IMG/VR virus record: IMGVR_UViG_3300019872_000010
Coordinates: 1 to 37,170 of that record
Source of the DNA: a virus
Lineage: Duplodnaviria > Caudoviricetes
DNA: 37,170 bases
Direction: 5' to 3' (one strand)
This document shows, one piece after another, positions 9,544 to 17,351 of this stretch; positions within the stretch are counted from its first letter, which is position 1; each line of letters starts with the position of its first letter. The translations under genes were made by a program, and so were the position numbers. The notes beneath the pieces were generated by a model, which saw only the letters and a program-made list of their open reading frames with translations, was not told the DNA's origin and did no database searches.

Positions 9544-9875
9544 AATTTGTAGTTCGGTGGCTATTGTTGTGCATGTTGGTGTCATGCGGAGTTCAACCCG
9601 CTCAGACACCAGTCGAGCAAAAACCCCCTACTCCCGGCGGTGGCGGTGATCCCGATCCGGATCCGAATGGAAAGGCAAGTTTCAGTGATGCTCAGTCGGT
9701 GATGCAAAAGTATTGCGTGGACTGTCATGCATCGGCCGCATTCACCAAAAATGAGCAAGCATTGATCGGATCCAGTGCAAAGTCGCGCGTGCAAAATGCG
9801 ACAATGCCACCACCCTATGCGACCCCTCTGCCAGCTGCAGAGAAGGCCAAATTTCTGAATTTTTTTTCCGAATAG
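9540..9875 (+). CDS. Small lipoprotein, monoheme cytochrome c, 111 aa
   Basis: Lipobox (LVS-C16); PTPGGGGDPDPDP linker; CVDCH at 9714-9728; distal MPP (candidate Met ligand) and a C-terminal helix, i.e. class I cytochrome c layout; ATGA-coupled to the upstream gene. Confidence 0.85.
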   Translation: MKFVVRWLLLCMLVSCGVQPAQTPVEQKPPTPGGGGDPDPDPNGKASFSDAQSVMQKYCVDCHASAAFTKNEQALIGSSAKSRVQNATMPPPYATPLPAAEKAKFLNFFSE

Positions 9876-9886
9876 GATATTAGGCC

Positions 9887-10099
9887 ATGGCAAAATCTTT
9901 TGTTGAAAGATCGCTTTGCTCCGAAATATCCTATCGGCCGCCTATGCGCCGGTCATTGAACCTGGAATTTAATGAAGTTTTCTCGAAGGGAGATCATTTT
10001 CACTTTTATCAGAGTGGTATTTTAGTCTGCAAGATCCCAAAAGCCTATTTTAAAAAAGAACAGTCCCAATTCTTTGAAGGCATAGCCGTCCCAGTGTAA
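9887..10099 (+). CDS. Hypothetical protein, 70 aa
   Basis: Fills the gap after the cytochrome gene on the same strand. Confidence 0.55.
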   Translation: MAKSFVERSLCSEISYRPPMRRSLNLEFNEVFSKGDHFHFYQSGILVCKIPKAYFKKEQSQFFEGIAVPV

Positions 10100-10138
10100 A
10101 ATGAAAGTCTCCGAAGTGAGTTTGAGCAGGATTTTCAT
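10022..10138 (-). CDS. Possible 38-aa antisense peptide (not in ORF track)
   Basis: AAGGAGGT 8 nt before ATG; MKILLKLTSETFILHWDGYAFKELGLFFFKIGFWDLAD; overlaps the 3' end of 9887-10099 on the opposite strand. Confidence 0.35.
   Translation of the reverse strand: MKILLKLTSETFILHWDGYAFKELGLFFFKIGFWDLAD
10074..10102 (+). promoter_or_regulatory. Candidate sigma70 promoter for a small RNA
   Basis: TTGAAG-N17-TAAAAT. Confidence 0.55.
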
Positions 10139-10198
10139 GAAGTAAAACCTCCTTGTGAAATGGAAGAGCGATATCATTTAATGGTGTCGCTCTTTTTT
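10109..10198 (+). ncRNA. Putative sRNA of about 90 nt carrying an anti-Shine-Dalgarno sequence
   Basis: Bounded by the promoter at 10074-10102 and the terminator at 10164-10198; contains ACCTCCTT at 10147-10154; 5' end estimated. Confidence 0.45.
10164..10198 (+). terminator. Intrinsic terminator
   Basis: AAGAGCGATATCA-tttaa-TGGTGTCGCTCTT stem (two G-U pairs) running into a T tract. Confidence 0.8.
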
Positions 10199-10207
10199 CA
10201 TTTCGCG

Positions 10208-10216
10208 TGATAGAAT
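10208..10216 (+). promoter_or_regulatory. Extended -10 promoter candidate for the lysis genes
   Basis: TG-A-TAGAAT just after the terminator. Confidence 0.4.
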
Positions 10217-10252
10217 TTTTTATAAGAAGAATTTTTTCAACGCGAGGTGACT

Positions 10253-10579
10253 ATGCTGGATCTGGAAATGCTTCAGCACCTTGAAAAGATCAACCCTGTA
10301 AGCCTTGCCATCCTTGTGGTTGGGTATGCCATTGGAAAAATTCCGCTGTATAGTCTTAAAAAATCAAAACAGGAGGCTGAAGCGCGCGAACAAATCTTAG
10401 TTCATCTAAACGCTGAGGTGGAAAAGCTCACCAAGCAACTAGCAAAAGTTAACGATGACCTTATTGATTATCGAAAAAGGTTCTTCAAACTCGAGGAAGA
10501 GCACGCCAAACTAAAGATAGAGCATGATTCCCTGGCAATGAGATATCAAAACCTCAAATCAGGCGGGCCTCAGGGATGA
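10253..10579 (+). CDS. Holin-like membrane protein (one TM plus coiled coil)
   Basis: Hydrophobic VSLAILVVGYAIG segment followed by heptad repeats; coupled to the endolysin; exact start uncertain (10247, 10253 or 10268). Confidence 0.5.
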   Translation: MLDLEMLQHLEKINPVSLAILVVGYAIGKIPLYSLKKSKQEAEAREQILVHLNAEVEKLTKQLAKVNDDLIDYRKRFFKLEEEHAKLKIEHDSLAMRYQNLKSGGPQG

Positions 10580-10947
10580 TAAGAAAAAAACTGACCGATG
10601 ATTTCTATGAGGACGAATTCTGGAGCCAGGACACCAAAACCCAGCGGATGAATGTCGAATTCATGTTCAAGCTGCAAAAACTTCGGACGGTTGTGGGTGT
10701 CCCTTTTGTGATTTCATCGGGCTGGAGGACCGTTGCGTATAATTCTTTGAAGGGTGGCGCGACTGCCAGCAAGCACCTGATCGGAACAGCCGCCGATATC
10801 GATCATCAGCATTGGGATAGCGCGACCAAGCATAAATTCATTACAGCCGCATGCGTCTTAGGTTTTTCGGTTGGGATATACCCGAAGCATTTCCATGTCG
10901 ATAATCGCATGGAGCCACGGGTTCTTTGGCTGACACTTCCAGATTAG
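10576..10947 (+). CDS. Endolysin, peptidase M15 family, 123 aa
   Basis: ISSGWR...N...GGA..S.H..G.AADI...GIY..HFHVD zinc-peptidase motifs. Confidence 0.9.
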   Translation: MIRKKLTDDFYEDEFWSQDTKTQRMNVEFMFKLQKLRTVVGVPFVISSGWRTVAYNSLKGGATASKHLIGTAADIDHQHWDSATKHKFITAACVLGFSVGIYPKHFHVDNRMEPRVLWLTLPD

Positions 10948-11054
10948 AGTTTGGGTTTGGCAATTGGCAGAATGATGCCCGGCATTAGACGGTCAGAGAG
11001 TTTTTTCTTCAAAAAATCAAAATCGATTCTGATTTCATCTTTTTTGCTGGCCAT
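10944..11054 (-). CDS. Small basic protein, 36 aa (not in ORF track)
   Basis: GGGGAGGA upstream of ATG; MASKKDEIRIDFDFLKKKLSDRLMPGIILPIAKPKL; stop overlaps the endolysin stop (TTAG). Confidence 0.55.
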   Translation of the reverse strand: MASKKDEIRIDFDFLKKKLSDRLMPGIILPIAKPKL

Positions 11055-11112
11055 ATCAGTCCTCCCCAGTCCATAATCACCGAATTATTCAATCTTAAAT
11101 TTGGGAACAGCT

Positions 11113-11601
11113 ATGATTAAACATGTTTTATCGTTCATTGTCATCGCCTTTTCACTGGCTCAGTTTGCATATGGGGGTGGCACCTGTGAATATTCAGGCA
11201 AAGCTGCAAAGGGAATCCTGGATTTCACTGGCAAAGGATGCTCGATTGAGGGCAAGCCGGTTGTGCTTGCTGGGAAAGTTTCCGGTGAATTTACGGTTGA
11301 CCTGACCAAGCTGGATGCGGGCGTAAGGACCGAACATATGCTGGGAAAATATCTAGAAGTTTCCAAATTCCCAAAAGCAAAACTGGTCCTGGATCCCCTG
11401 CCTGAAGCAGGTGGCCCTTTCACCGGAAACTTCACCCTTCACGGCGTGACCAAGCCAATCAAGGGGACTGCATCAAAATCCAGCATCGGCTGGGGTTTCG
11501 CATTCGACGTGAATTACCGGGAATATGGAATTGAAAAAGCCGAGAAGGCAGGAGTCGTGATCGGTGATACAATTTCTATTAGCGGTACTATTGATCGCTG
11601 A
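11113..11601 (+). CDS. YceI-family (polyisoprenoid/lipid-binding) exported protein, 162 aa
   Basis: Signal peptide; GEFTVDL..LDAG.R.EHM...YLEV.KFPKA and FTG.FTLHGVTKPI...F.VN..EYGI motifs characteristic of YceI. Confidence 0.9.
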   Translation: MIKHVLSFIVIAFSLAQFAYGGGTCEYSGKAAKGILDFTGKGCSIEGKPVVLAGKVSGEFTVDLTKLDAGVRTEHMLGKYLEVSKFPKAKLVLDPLPEAGGPFTGNFTLHGVTKPIKGTASKSSIGWGFAFDVNYREYGIEKAEKAGVVIGDTISISGTIDR

Positions 11602-12598
11602 AACAGCATTCGCATACCCTCAAACGATACTCCATGGATATCAAAACTGTGTCACCTGCCACGCAACAAATGATGGCGGGGACACTTTGAATGATTATGG
11701 GAGGGCCATGAGCGAAGAGTTCATGGCCACGTACGCCCGAGAAGGTGAGGCCCGGGAATTCCTTGGCCTGGGCTCAGTTGATTGGATGGATTTAGGGCTC
11801 GATTACCGTTCACTGGGGTTGACCGATGTCAATACTGGCAAGCGCGATCAGTTCGAAATGTATACAGTTGGGCAATTGGTTCTTAGACATGCTGGCCTTA
11901 GTGCTCTTGTTTCTTATGGACGTTTTGGACGTGATAGGGTTGTTGAAACGCGACAATATTGGGTGAACTATCGTGTCGATTATAACAGCCATTATTTGGA
12001 TTTTAAGCTGGGTTATCAGTTGCCTGTGGTCGGTCTGGGCCTTAATAACCACGACCTGGCCATTAAAAAAGGAAACGGACTTGGGCGCGGACAGGAAAAA
12101 TTTGTCAGACAAATAAGCTGGCTGAATTCCTGGTTTGAGCTCCGTTATCTTTTGGCTACGTCCGGCTTTCAATTCGAACAGCGTGAGGACAATTTTCTCG
12201 AAACAAAATACGAGGATGACCCAGAAGTGTATCTGGAAGGGAAGTTCAAGCGTATCGAGGGGATCGACTTTGGCCTTCACACTAGAAGGCAGGCTGGAAA
12301 GACAACTCTTCAAGGCTTCAGCGTCCGGGCCGCAAAAAAGAAATACTATATCCTGATGGAAAATGATCTGAATCCAGTGAAGCAGATCCGGACGCGATAC
12401 GTGCGCACCGGATTTTTTCCATTCAGAGGCCTGGACATTTATTTCGCGGATGATTCGGCTGAGATTGCCCAAAGAATAACCGACATTCGCTCAATCGGCT
12501 TCGCTTGGATGATCCGGCCGCGCTTCGAGTATGAAGCCGCAATCAGTCAATGGGAGGACCAGCGCATGGGGACTGTGAGTTTGAAACTATGGCTATGA
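11564..12598 (+). CDS. Probable outer-membrane beta-barrel with an N-terminal CxxCH motif, 344 aa
   Basis: AGGAG before GTG; signal peptide ending AFA; YP...HGYQNCVTCH...GG..LN.YGR (CxxCH at 11648-11662); amphipathic aromatic-rich strands; C-terminal TVSLKLWL resembles a beta-signal. Confidence 0.75.
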   Translation: MIQFLLAVLLIAETAFAYPQTILHGYQNCVTCHATNDGGDTLNDYGRAMSEEFMATYAREGEAREFLGLGSVDWMDLGLDYRSLGLTDVNTGKRDQFEMYTVGQLVLRHAGLSALVSYGRFGRDRVVETRQYWVNYRVDYNSHYLDFKLGYQLPVVGLGLNNHDLAIKKGNGLGRGQEKFVRQISWLNSWFELRYLLATSGFQFEQREDNFLETKYEDDPEVYLEGKFKRIEGIDFGLHTRRQAGKTTLQGFSVRAAKKKYYILMENDLNPVKQIRTRYVRTGFFPFRGLDIYFADDSAEIAQRITDIRSIGFAWMIRPRFEYEAAISQWEDQRMGTVSLKLWL

Positions 12599-12780
12599 TC
12601 AAGCAAAAGTACGTCCTTGACCGCGAATTCATGGATGTTCGATCGCTCAGTGTCGATGGGCTCAAAGAAATGACCGATTCCTATGAGGCCCTCAAGATCA
12701 AAATGACCATCGACCTTCAGGATGTTGCGGACAAGATCGATTTCCTATACGGTGAAATCCATCGGCATGCGGTGCCTTAG
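12595..12780 (+). CDS. Hypothetical coiled-coil protein, 61 aa
   Basis: ATGA overlap with the barrel stop. Confidence 0.6.
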   Translation: MIKQKYVLDREFMDVRSLSVDGLKEMTDSYEALKIKMTIDLQDVADKIDFLYGEIHRHAVP

Positions 12781-12909
12781 ATTCTAACTTGTCTGCCAAT
12801 CTCCGTTGCCATTGTGGGCGACAGCTTCCGAACCCTGATGGCTCAGCCTTTGGGGTTCTTTCTTTTTGTGTGCTCTTCGATCAGTTCTTCGCGGAAAGCT
12901 TTTATCTCA

Positions 12910-13053
12910 TTATGAAGTCTTTCGGCGGCCATGATCACCTTGGGCAAGGCTGCTTAGAAATATCCCTCTTGCCTTCAATTTCTTCTCTAAATCATTGAAG
13001 CAGTGATAAATCATTTCGGCATTGTGTTTATGATAATCAGTCTTTTCAAGCAT
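12910..13053 (-). CDS. Hypothetical protein, 47 aa (possibly degenerate)
   Basis: Last ORF of the leftward operon; ATG overlaps the end of the HTH gene. Confidence 0.4.
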   Translation of the reverse strand: MLEKTDYHKHNAEMIYHCFNDLEKKLKARGIFLSSLAQGDHGRRKTS

Positions 13054-13252
13054 TCCTTTGCTCCTCGATAAATCGGTCGATTTCCCGGCGCTCAATTGCA
13101 TTCACAACCAGCTGAGGGACGTGTCTTTTCCCTTCGAGCATGCTCCGCTCGACCAGGACAGTTTTTATCTGCCCTTCTTTGATCAGCTTTCTAAGATGCC
13201 AGTCACTCATTTTAAGAATCCGGGATGCATCATAAATAGTATGAAGGCTCAT
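13046..13252 (-). CDS. Excisionase-like helix-turn-helix protein, 68 aa
   Basis: TIYDASRILKMSDWHLRKLIKEGQIKTV fits the Xis/HTH_17 pattern. Confidence 0.75.
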   Translation of the reverse strand: MSLHTIYDASRILKMSDWHLRKLIKEGQIKTVLVERSMLEGKRHVPQLVVNAIERREIDRFIEEQRNA

Positions 13253-13647
13253 AGGCCATCGCCTGGATGGGAATCGGGCACTTGCCCAAGTGGTCTGGCT
13301 TCAACCTGCACGTACTTCTCAATTTCCGGAACAATATTATGTCTGATCATATGCACATGATTCATCATAATGTCCGCAAACGAAAAGATCATATGGATGG
13401 TCGCATCGACCTTGCGATGATCCCTGGCATTTCCTCCCCGCGCCTTCATTCTGAATGCTGCACTGCCGTTGGGAAGTGTTTGGAAGCTTGCGCATGACCA
13501 GCTTGGGAGATCATAGAGAAGGCCGAATTCGGTATGGGTTGGTGATGCTAGCAGGACGTGCGCGCCGATATTGTGCTTTTTGCAAATGTTCTTTATGTCC
13601 TCCATCGCTTGCCGAAGAACTGGATCATATGGTTTTTTTTCGCTCAT
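13249..13647 (-). CDS. Hypothetical phage protein, 132 aa
   Basis: 4-bp overlaps with both neighbours. Confidence 0.75.
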   Translation of the reverse strand: MSEKKPYDPVLRQAMEDIKNICKKHNIGAHVLLASPTHTEFGLLYDLPSWSCASFQTLPNGSAAFRMKARGGNARDHRKVDATIHMIFSFADIMMNHVHMIRHNIVPEIEKYVQVEARPLGQVPDSHPGDGL

Positions 13648-13907
13648 ATCCCCACCAATCTCCCATGCTTGGATTCATAATGCGCGATCATGTAAACGCC
13701 GTTTAGAAGTTTCATGGTTTCATCGATTTGTTTATCAGGCATATATAATTCATGGGTGATCATCATTTCCTTTAGTCTTTTCCAATTCAATTTGGATTGT
13801 TGCTTGAAAAATTCATCACCCATTTCGTCGACATAGATCATCAGTTTATGGGCTGATTCATCGGCTTCGCTTGATGTTTCGGGGTTATGGAAGTATTTCA
13901 TTTTCAT
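13644..13907 (-). CDS. Hypothetical protein, 87 aa (start reassigned from 14021)
   Basis: ATGA overlap at 13904-13907. Confidence 0.65.
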   Translation of the reverse strand: MKMKYFHNPETSSEADESAHKLMIYVDEMGDEFFKQQSKLNWKRLKEMMITHELYMPDKQIDETMKLLNGVYMIAHYESKHGRLVGI

Positions 13908-14146
13908 TTCGGCACCCATCCATTTCGCATTGTTCGATTCCAGGTTCTTAGTCCCCAATCCTGCTTCGGATCGATTGGCACGCCTGGATTCTTTGGCTTC
14001 AGACCCATCTTTATTTTGCACCGCTGAATGATCAGGCTGACAGCTGAAGTGCTATAGCCGTTGTCTTTATAGTCCTGGACAATCTCATCATCGGACTGGC
14101 CGGAAGCAATTCTTTCGGTGATGATCGGTATGTTGAGTTTCATCAA
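13904..14146 (-). CDS. Hypothetical protein, possible HTH, 80 aa
   Basis: Coupled to neighbours; SGQSDDEIVQ...STSAVSLII is HTH-like. Confidence 0.6.
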   Translation of the reverse strand: MMKLNIPIITERIASGQSDDEIVQDYKDNGYSTSAVSLIIQRCKIKMGLKPKNPGVPIDPKQDWGLRTWNRTMRNGWVPK

Positions 14147-14358
14147 CTCATCCTTTCGGCGATACCAGGAGTCTCAAGTTCCATGCCGACAGCAATGCAA
14201 GCCCATCCAAAACTCATCAGAACACTGATTTGATCCATCGACCAATCCGCATCAAAGCCCATCCGATCAATGGCAATTTCGAGTGACTCCTTAAAGGATT
14301 TATCAAGTCCTCTGTCTGCTAGCTTGTCTTGAACATGCTTCAATAATTTCTGGCTCAT
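14143..14358 (-). CDS. Hypothetical protein, 71 aa (start reassigned from 14445)
   Basis: GAGGGG upstream; ATGA overlap at 14355-14358. Confidence 0.65.
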   Translation of the reverse strand: MSQKLLKHVQDKLADRGLDKSFKESLEIAIDRMGFDADWSMDQISVLMSFGWACIAVGMELETPGIAERMS

Positions 14359-14759
14359 CCGCAACCCCTCATAAAGAGTTGAAACAGCGAATATCCCGCG
14401 ATCAAAATATTGATGAAAAGAACAACCCCAAGGGATCTGGCCCATGGATTCCTTGCGTTGATCGCCTTGGGCGAATACTTCTCACGCATCCGCTCGAGTT
14501 CCTCACGCTCATAATCTTGGCGATCATTCTGGTATGAGATCGGATTGGAATCCTCCCAATAGGCCAAGCGCCAAGTCTCACCAGGAAATATTCGATCCGA
14601 ACCACGCCAAAGTTTTGTCTCATTATTTTGGATCTGCAGACTTATTTTATAACTAGATGATAGACTTCCATTCGGTGAAGCGCTGTCTGTCCACACAGAA
14701 TCAGGGCCAAACGAAAAGAATCTGACTGGCTTAACATTGAACAAAGTAGTCTCATCCAT
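14355..14759 (-). CDS. Hypothetical protein with a C-terminal TM helix, 134 aa
   Basis: LGVVLFINILIAGYSLFQLF hydrophobic tail; operon coupling. Confidence 0.65.
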   Translation of the reverse strand: MDETTLFNVKPVRFFSFGPDSVWTDSASPNGSLSSSYKISLQIQNNETKLWRGSDRIFPGETWRLAYWEDSNPISYQNDRQDYEREELERMREKYSPKAINARNPWARSLGVVLFINILIAGYSLFQLFMRGCG

Positions 14760-15012
14760 TCGTTTTCTTCTCCCAGGACACTTCCACGTATGGAGCTCCC
14801 AGATGCAGTTTGACTTTTAGAACCTTGAAGCCTTGCGATCTTAACCAGATCACGGCATCCTGATCCAACTCATCAATGCCAAAGCCGCAATTGTATAGCC
14901 CAACGGAAGAGGCCGCTCGAATCCTCGCGCGTGCGCGTGAAAGGCTTGTGTCATAGCCGGGAGGGAATGCGCCGGCAATTTCCTGCATGACATTTATGAA
15001 ATCACCCATCAC
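14752..15012 (-). CDS. Hypothetical protein, 86 aa
   Basis: Operon coupling; WLRSQGFKV...VEVSW pattern. Confidence 0.65.
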   Translation of the reverse strand: MMGDFINVMQEIAGAFPPGYDTSLSRARARIRAASSVGLYNCGFGIDELDQDAVIWLRSQGFKVLKVKLHLGAPYVEVSWEKKTNG

Positions 15013-15383
15013 ATCCTCACTGGCCCTTTCGGGCCTTTCGGAACGGAATGAAGAGGGCAGTTTGAGCTATGTTGACGAATGTCTTGGGCATCCTTCAATA
15101 TGTTCTGAAAATAAGGAACCAGCGCACTTATCCGTTCCATCATTTCCTCTGGAAAACGGATCTTAGAAAGGTTCATCCATGATGCTATTAGCATGGCCAT
15201 GACAGTGGCCACCTTTTCAGGCGTGAGGAGATCATCCCTTAACGGTGGCATTTTCCCTTCTCGAGCCATTGTCATCAGTTCTTGATTGCTATAATCCGAT
15301 CCGATGGCCAGTGCGCTGAATAGCAAATTGTTGATTCCGGCAATTTCAATATGAAATTCCTGCCATTCTGGTTTTTTGCTCAC
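15009..15383 (-). CDS. Hypothetical protein, 124 aa (start reassigned to GTG 15383)
   Basis: GGGGAG upstream; GTGA overlap with the upstream stop. Confidence 0.6.
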   Translation of the reverse strand: MSKKPEWQEFHIEIAGINNLLFSALAIGSDYSNQELMTMAREGKMPPLRDDLLTPEKVATVMAMLIASWMNLSKIRFPEEMMERISALVPYFQNILKDAQDIRQHSSNCPLHSVPKGPKGPVRM

Positions 15384-16354
15384 TTCAAAACTCCCCACAA
15401 AGCTACCAGTTGATCGGTTTTCAGGTTTTGCACGTCCCCAAGGGCCATGCCGATGGTCTTTTCGATCTCAACCGGATCACCGCCGGCCGCGATCTTGTTC
15501 CGAATCTTTTCCTCAACCTTGATGAACATGTCGTGTCGCTGTTTTTCTAATTGTTCCTTCACGTTTTTATCGGTCACGTCCTGAGGGGTTGTTTTATCGG
15601 CAGTCTCAAAGACGAAATAGTCCTCACGCTTGGCGCTTTTATCCTTGAGCGCATTATAAATGCCCTGCAATTCCACAAATTCATCAGGGATGGTCTGGGC
15701 AATCGGATGTTTGAGATAAGTCTCAAGCATTTGCTGGGTGACTCCCAAGGCATCGAAGGCAAGGAGGATCCTCTGGATCCGGTCTTTCAAGGATTCGCTC
15801 TTATCACCAGCGGCGATGACCTTGCGAACCTTCTCGAGCGCATCCTCCATAATATCGGCCGGAATCATGGCCTGGATGCAGTTCCGCATTCGGCGCGTGC
15901 CATAATTGGCGATAATTTCATAGATATCACGCTCATCGGTGAGCTTGACGCCGCCGCCTTTTTTATCCCGGATATGTTTGACGGTGAAGGTCAGGGTTTT
16001 TTTGATATTGGATTCCATATCCCAGCAATAGGCCTCGCAAATCGATGAGCCTTCCAGCCTGGTCAGTTCCTTGATTCCGGATTGCAGGTTTTTAAAGTTC
16101 CTTGCGACCACTTCCAGGAGTCGGATTGATGCTCCAGACACAGCCTGCCCACCTCTGGGATAGGAATAAATGCAGACCTTGGCCAGAGAGGGCCGATCGA
16201 GTTCCTTCATGATCGCCGTATAGCAGCTTGTCAGATCCCTTGGGAAGCGCTTGGCGATGGTGCACATGGCCTGGACTTCCTGGATGGCCCTAGTCTCTTC
16301 CACGCTTATCAGGCTAGTATTCTCGACCTGAGTTTCGACAACTTCCAGATTCAT
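15380..16354 (-). CDS. Putative single-strand annealing (recombination) protein, 324 aa
   Basis: RAIQEVQA...AKRFPRD...YSYPRGG..VSGASIRL...CWDMESN...RRMRNCI conserved phage family; adjacent to Gp157, as SSAPs often are. Confidence 0.6.
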   Translation of the reverse strand: MNLEVVETQVENTSLISVEETRAIQEVQAMCTIAKRFPRDLTSCYTAIMKELDRPSLAKVCIYSYPRGGQAVSGASIRLLEVVARNFKNLQSGIKELTRLEGSSICEAYCWDMESNIKKTLTFTVKHIRDKKGGGVKLTDERDIYEIIANYGTRRMRNCIQAMIPADIMEDALEKVRKVIAAGDKSESLKDRIQRILLAFDALGVTQQMLETYLKHPIAQTIPDEFVELQGIYNALKDKSAKREDYFVFETADKTTPQDVTDKNVKEQLEKQRHDMFIKVEEKIRNKIAAGGDPVEIEKTIGMALGDVQNLKTDQLVALWGVLK

Positions 16355-16908
16355 TTTTTGGCTTCCTTATTGATTGCAAACCGAAGGTGAACGCCGCGTT
16401 TGAGTGAAGCGAATTCGGCTAGGGACGCATCCTCTCCGACTTTCAGGGCGCTGGAAATAGCGGTTTTGTCCCATTCATATTTCACTTTCACATACTTGTC
16501 ATAATGGATCTTGTGGCTGGCAGTGGGATCGCCGCCTTTGATTTCAACCGATGGAGTGGAGGGATATACCTTCACGACAAATTCATTACCGGTGAACTTC
16601 TCGAATTTATTGGTCTGCAGGGCGAATAGCATGTTGTCCAGAATGGAATCGATATGCTTTTCAATGCTCTTCTCGGCCTTCGCATATGCTTCCTTGCGGC
16701 CTTTCATATAGAGCTTGTGGACTTCCAGGTTATCCAGGATCCATTTATATCCATCGACCTTGGCCTTCCCCTGTTCCAGAATATTGATCTGTTCCAGCTT
16801 AACTTCAGGCCGTTCATCAGTATCGTCCGCATCAAACGCAAGCAACGCCAACAACAATTTATGGAATGACTCCTTAATTGTGGGCTCAGGGGAATTAGGT
16901 TGTTCCAT
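16351..16908 (-). CDS. Siphovirus Gp157-family protein, 185 aa
   Basis: KVDGY...coiled coil...PSVEI...KYVKVKYEWDKTAISSALKVG layout. Confidence 0.75.
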   Translation of the reverse strand: MEQPNSPEPTIKESFHKLLLALLAFDADDTDERPEVKLEQINILEQGKAKVDGYKWILDNLEVHKLYMKGRKEAYAKAEKSIEKHIDSILDNMLFALQTNKFEKFTGNEFVVKVYPSTPSVEIKGGDPTASHKIHYDKYVKVKYEWDKTAISSALKVGEDASLAEFASLKRGVHLRFAINKEAKK

Positions 16909-16946
16909 CGGGATTTTGCTCTTAAAAAAGAATTTTTAGAGCGCTG

Positions 16947-16975
16947 AAAATGCACTAGGGGGAGGAAATAGGCAA
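16947..16975 (-). promoter_or_regulatory. Candidate leftward promoter
   Basis: TTGCCT-N17-CATTTT upstream of Gp157; spacer contains TTTCCTCCC. Confidence 0.35.
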
Positions 16976-16982
16976 GTGAATT

Positions 16983-17351
16983 TTATTCGGGATCTTTTTC
17001 CCATTTTCCAAGTAATTGCCGATCAAAAAGATCGCCGGTCAGCCTGGATCTGAGGTGCGCGGAATATTCGGGATCTAAATAAGGGTTTTCAGTTTCGATA
17101 GGGTAATAGGTCGGGGAAGGTGCTTTTTTAGGCGTCTTATGGAACTCACAGGCTTTGGCAAATCCGCGAAATGCATCACCGAGAGGCCGCCGTTCCGGAT
17201 GCCCGAAATAAATCTGTGCTCGAGAGGCCCATATGATGAAATAGTCCATTTCCTCATCGGTCACTCTTTTAGTCCATCGAGGGCTGACTGCAGCTTCGAT
17301 TTCTTTTCGGCGTTTGGTCATGATCTCTATCATCATCAGAGGATCTCTCAT
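16983..17351 (-). CDS. Hypothetical protein, 122 aa
   Basis: ATGA-coupled to the Rep-like gene. Confidence 0.65.
   Translation of the reverse strand: MRDPLMMIEIMTKRRKEIEAAVSPRWTKRVTDEEMDYFIIWASRAQIYFGHPERRPLGDAFRGFAKACEFHKTPKKAPSPTYYPIETENPYLDPEYSAHLRSRLTGDLFDRQLLGKWEKDPE

Noticed and set aside
12777-12935. Minus-strand frame continuing after TAA TGA (DKAFREELIEEHTKRKNPKG), suggesting readthrough or a broken gene
   Set aside because: Double stop and no recognisable homology; cannot be distinguished from chance
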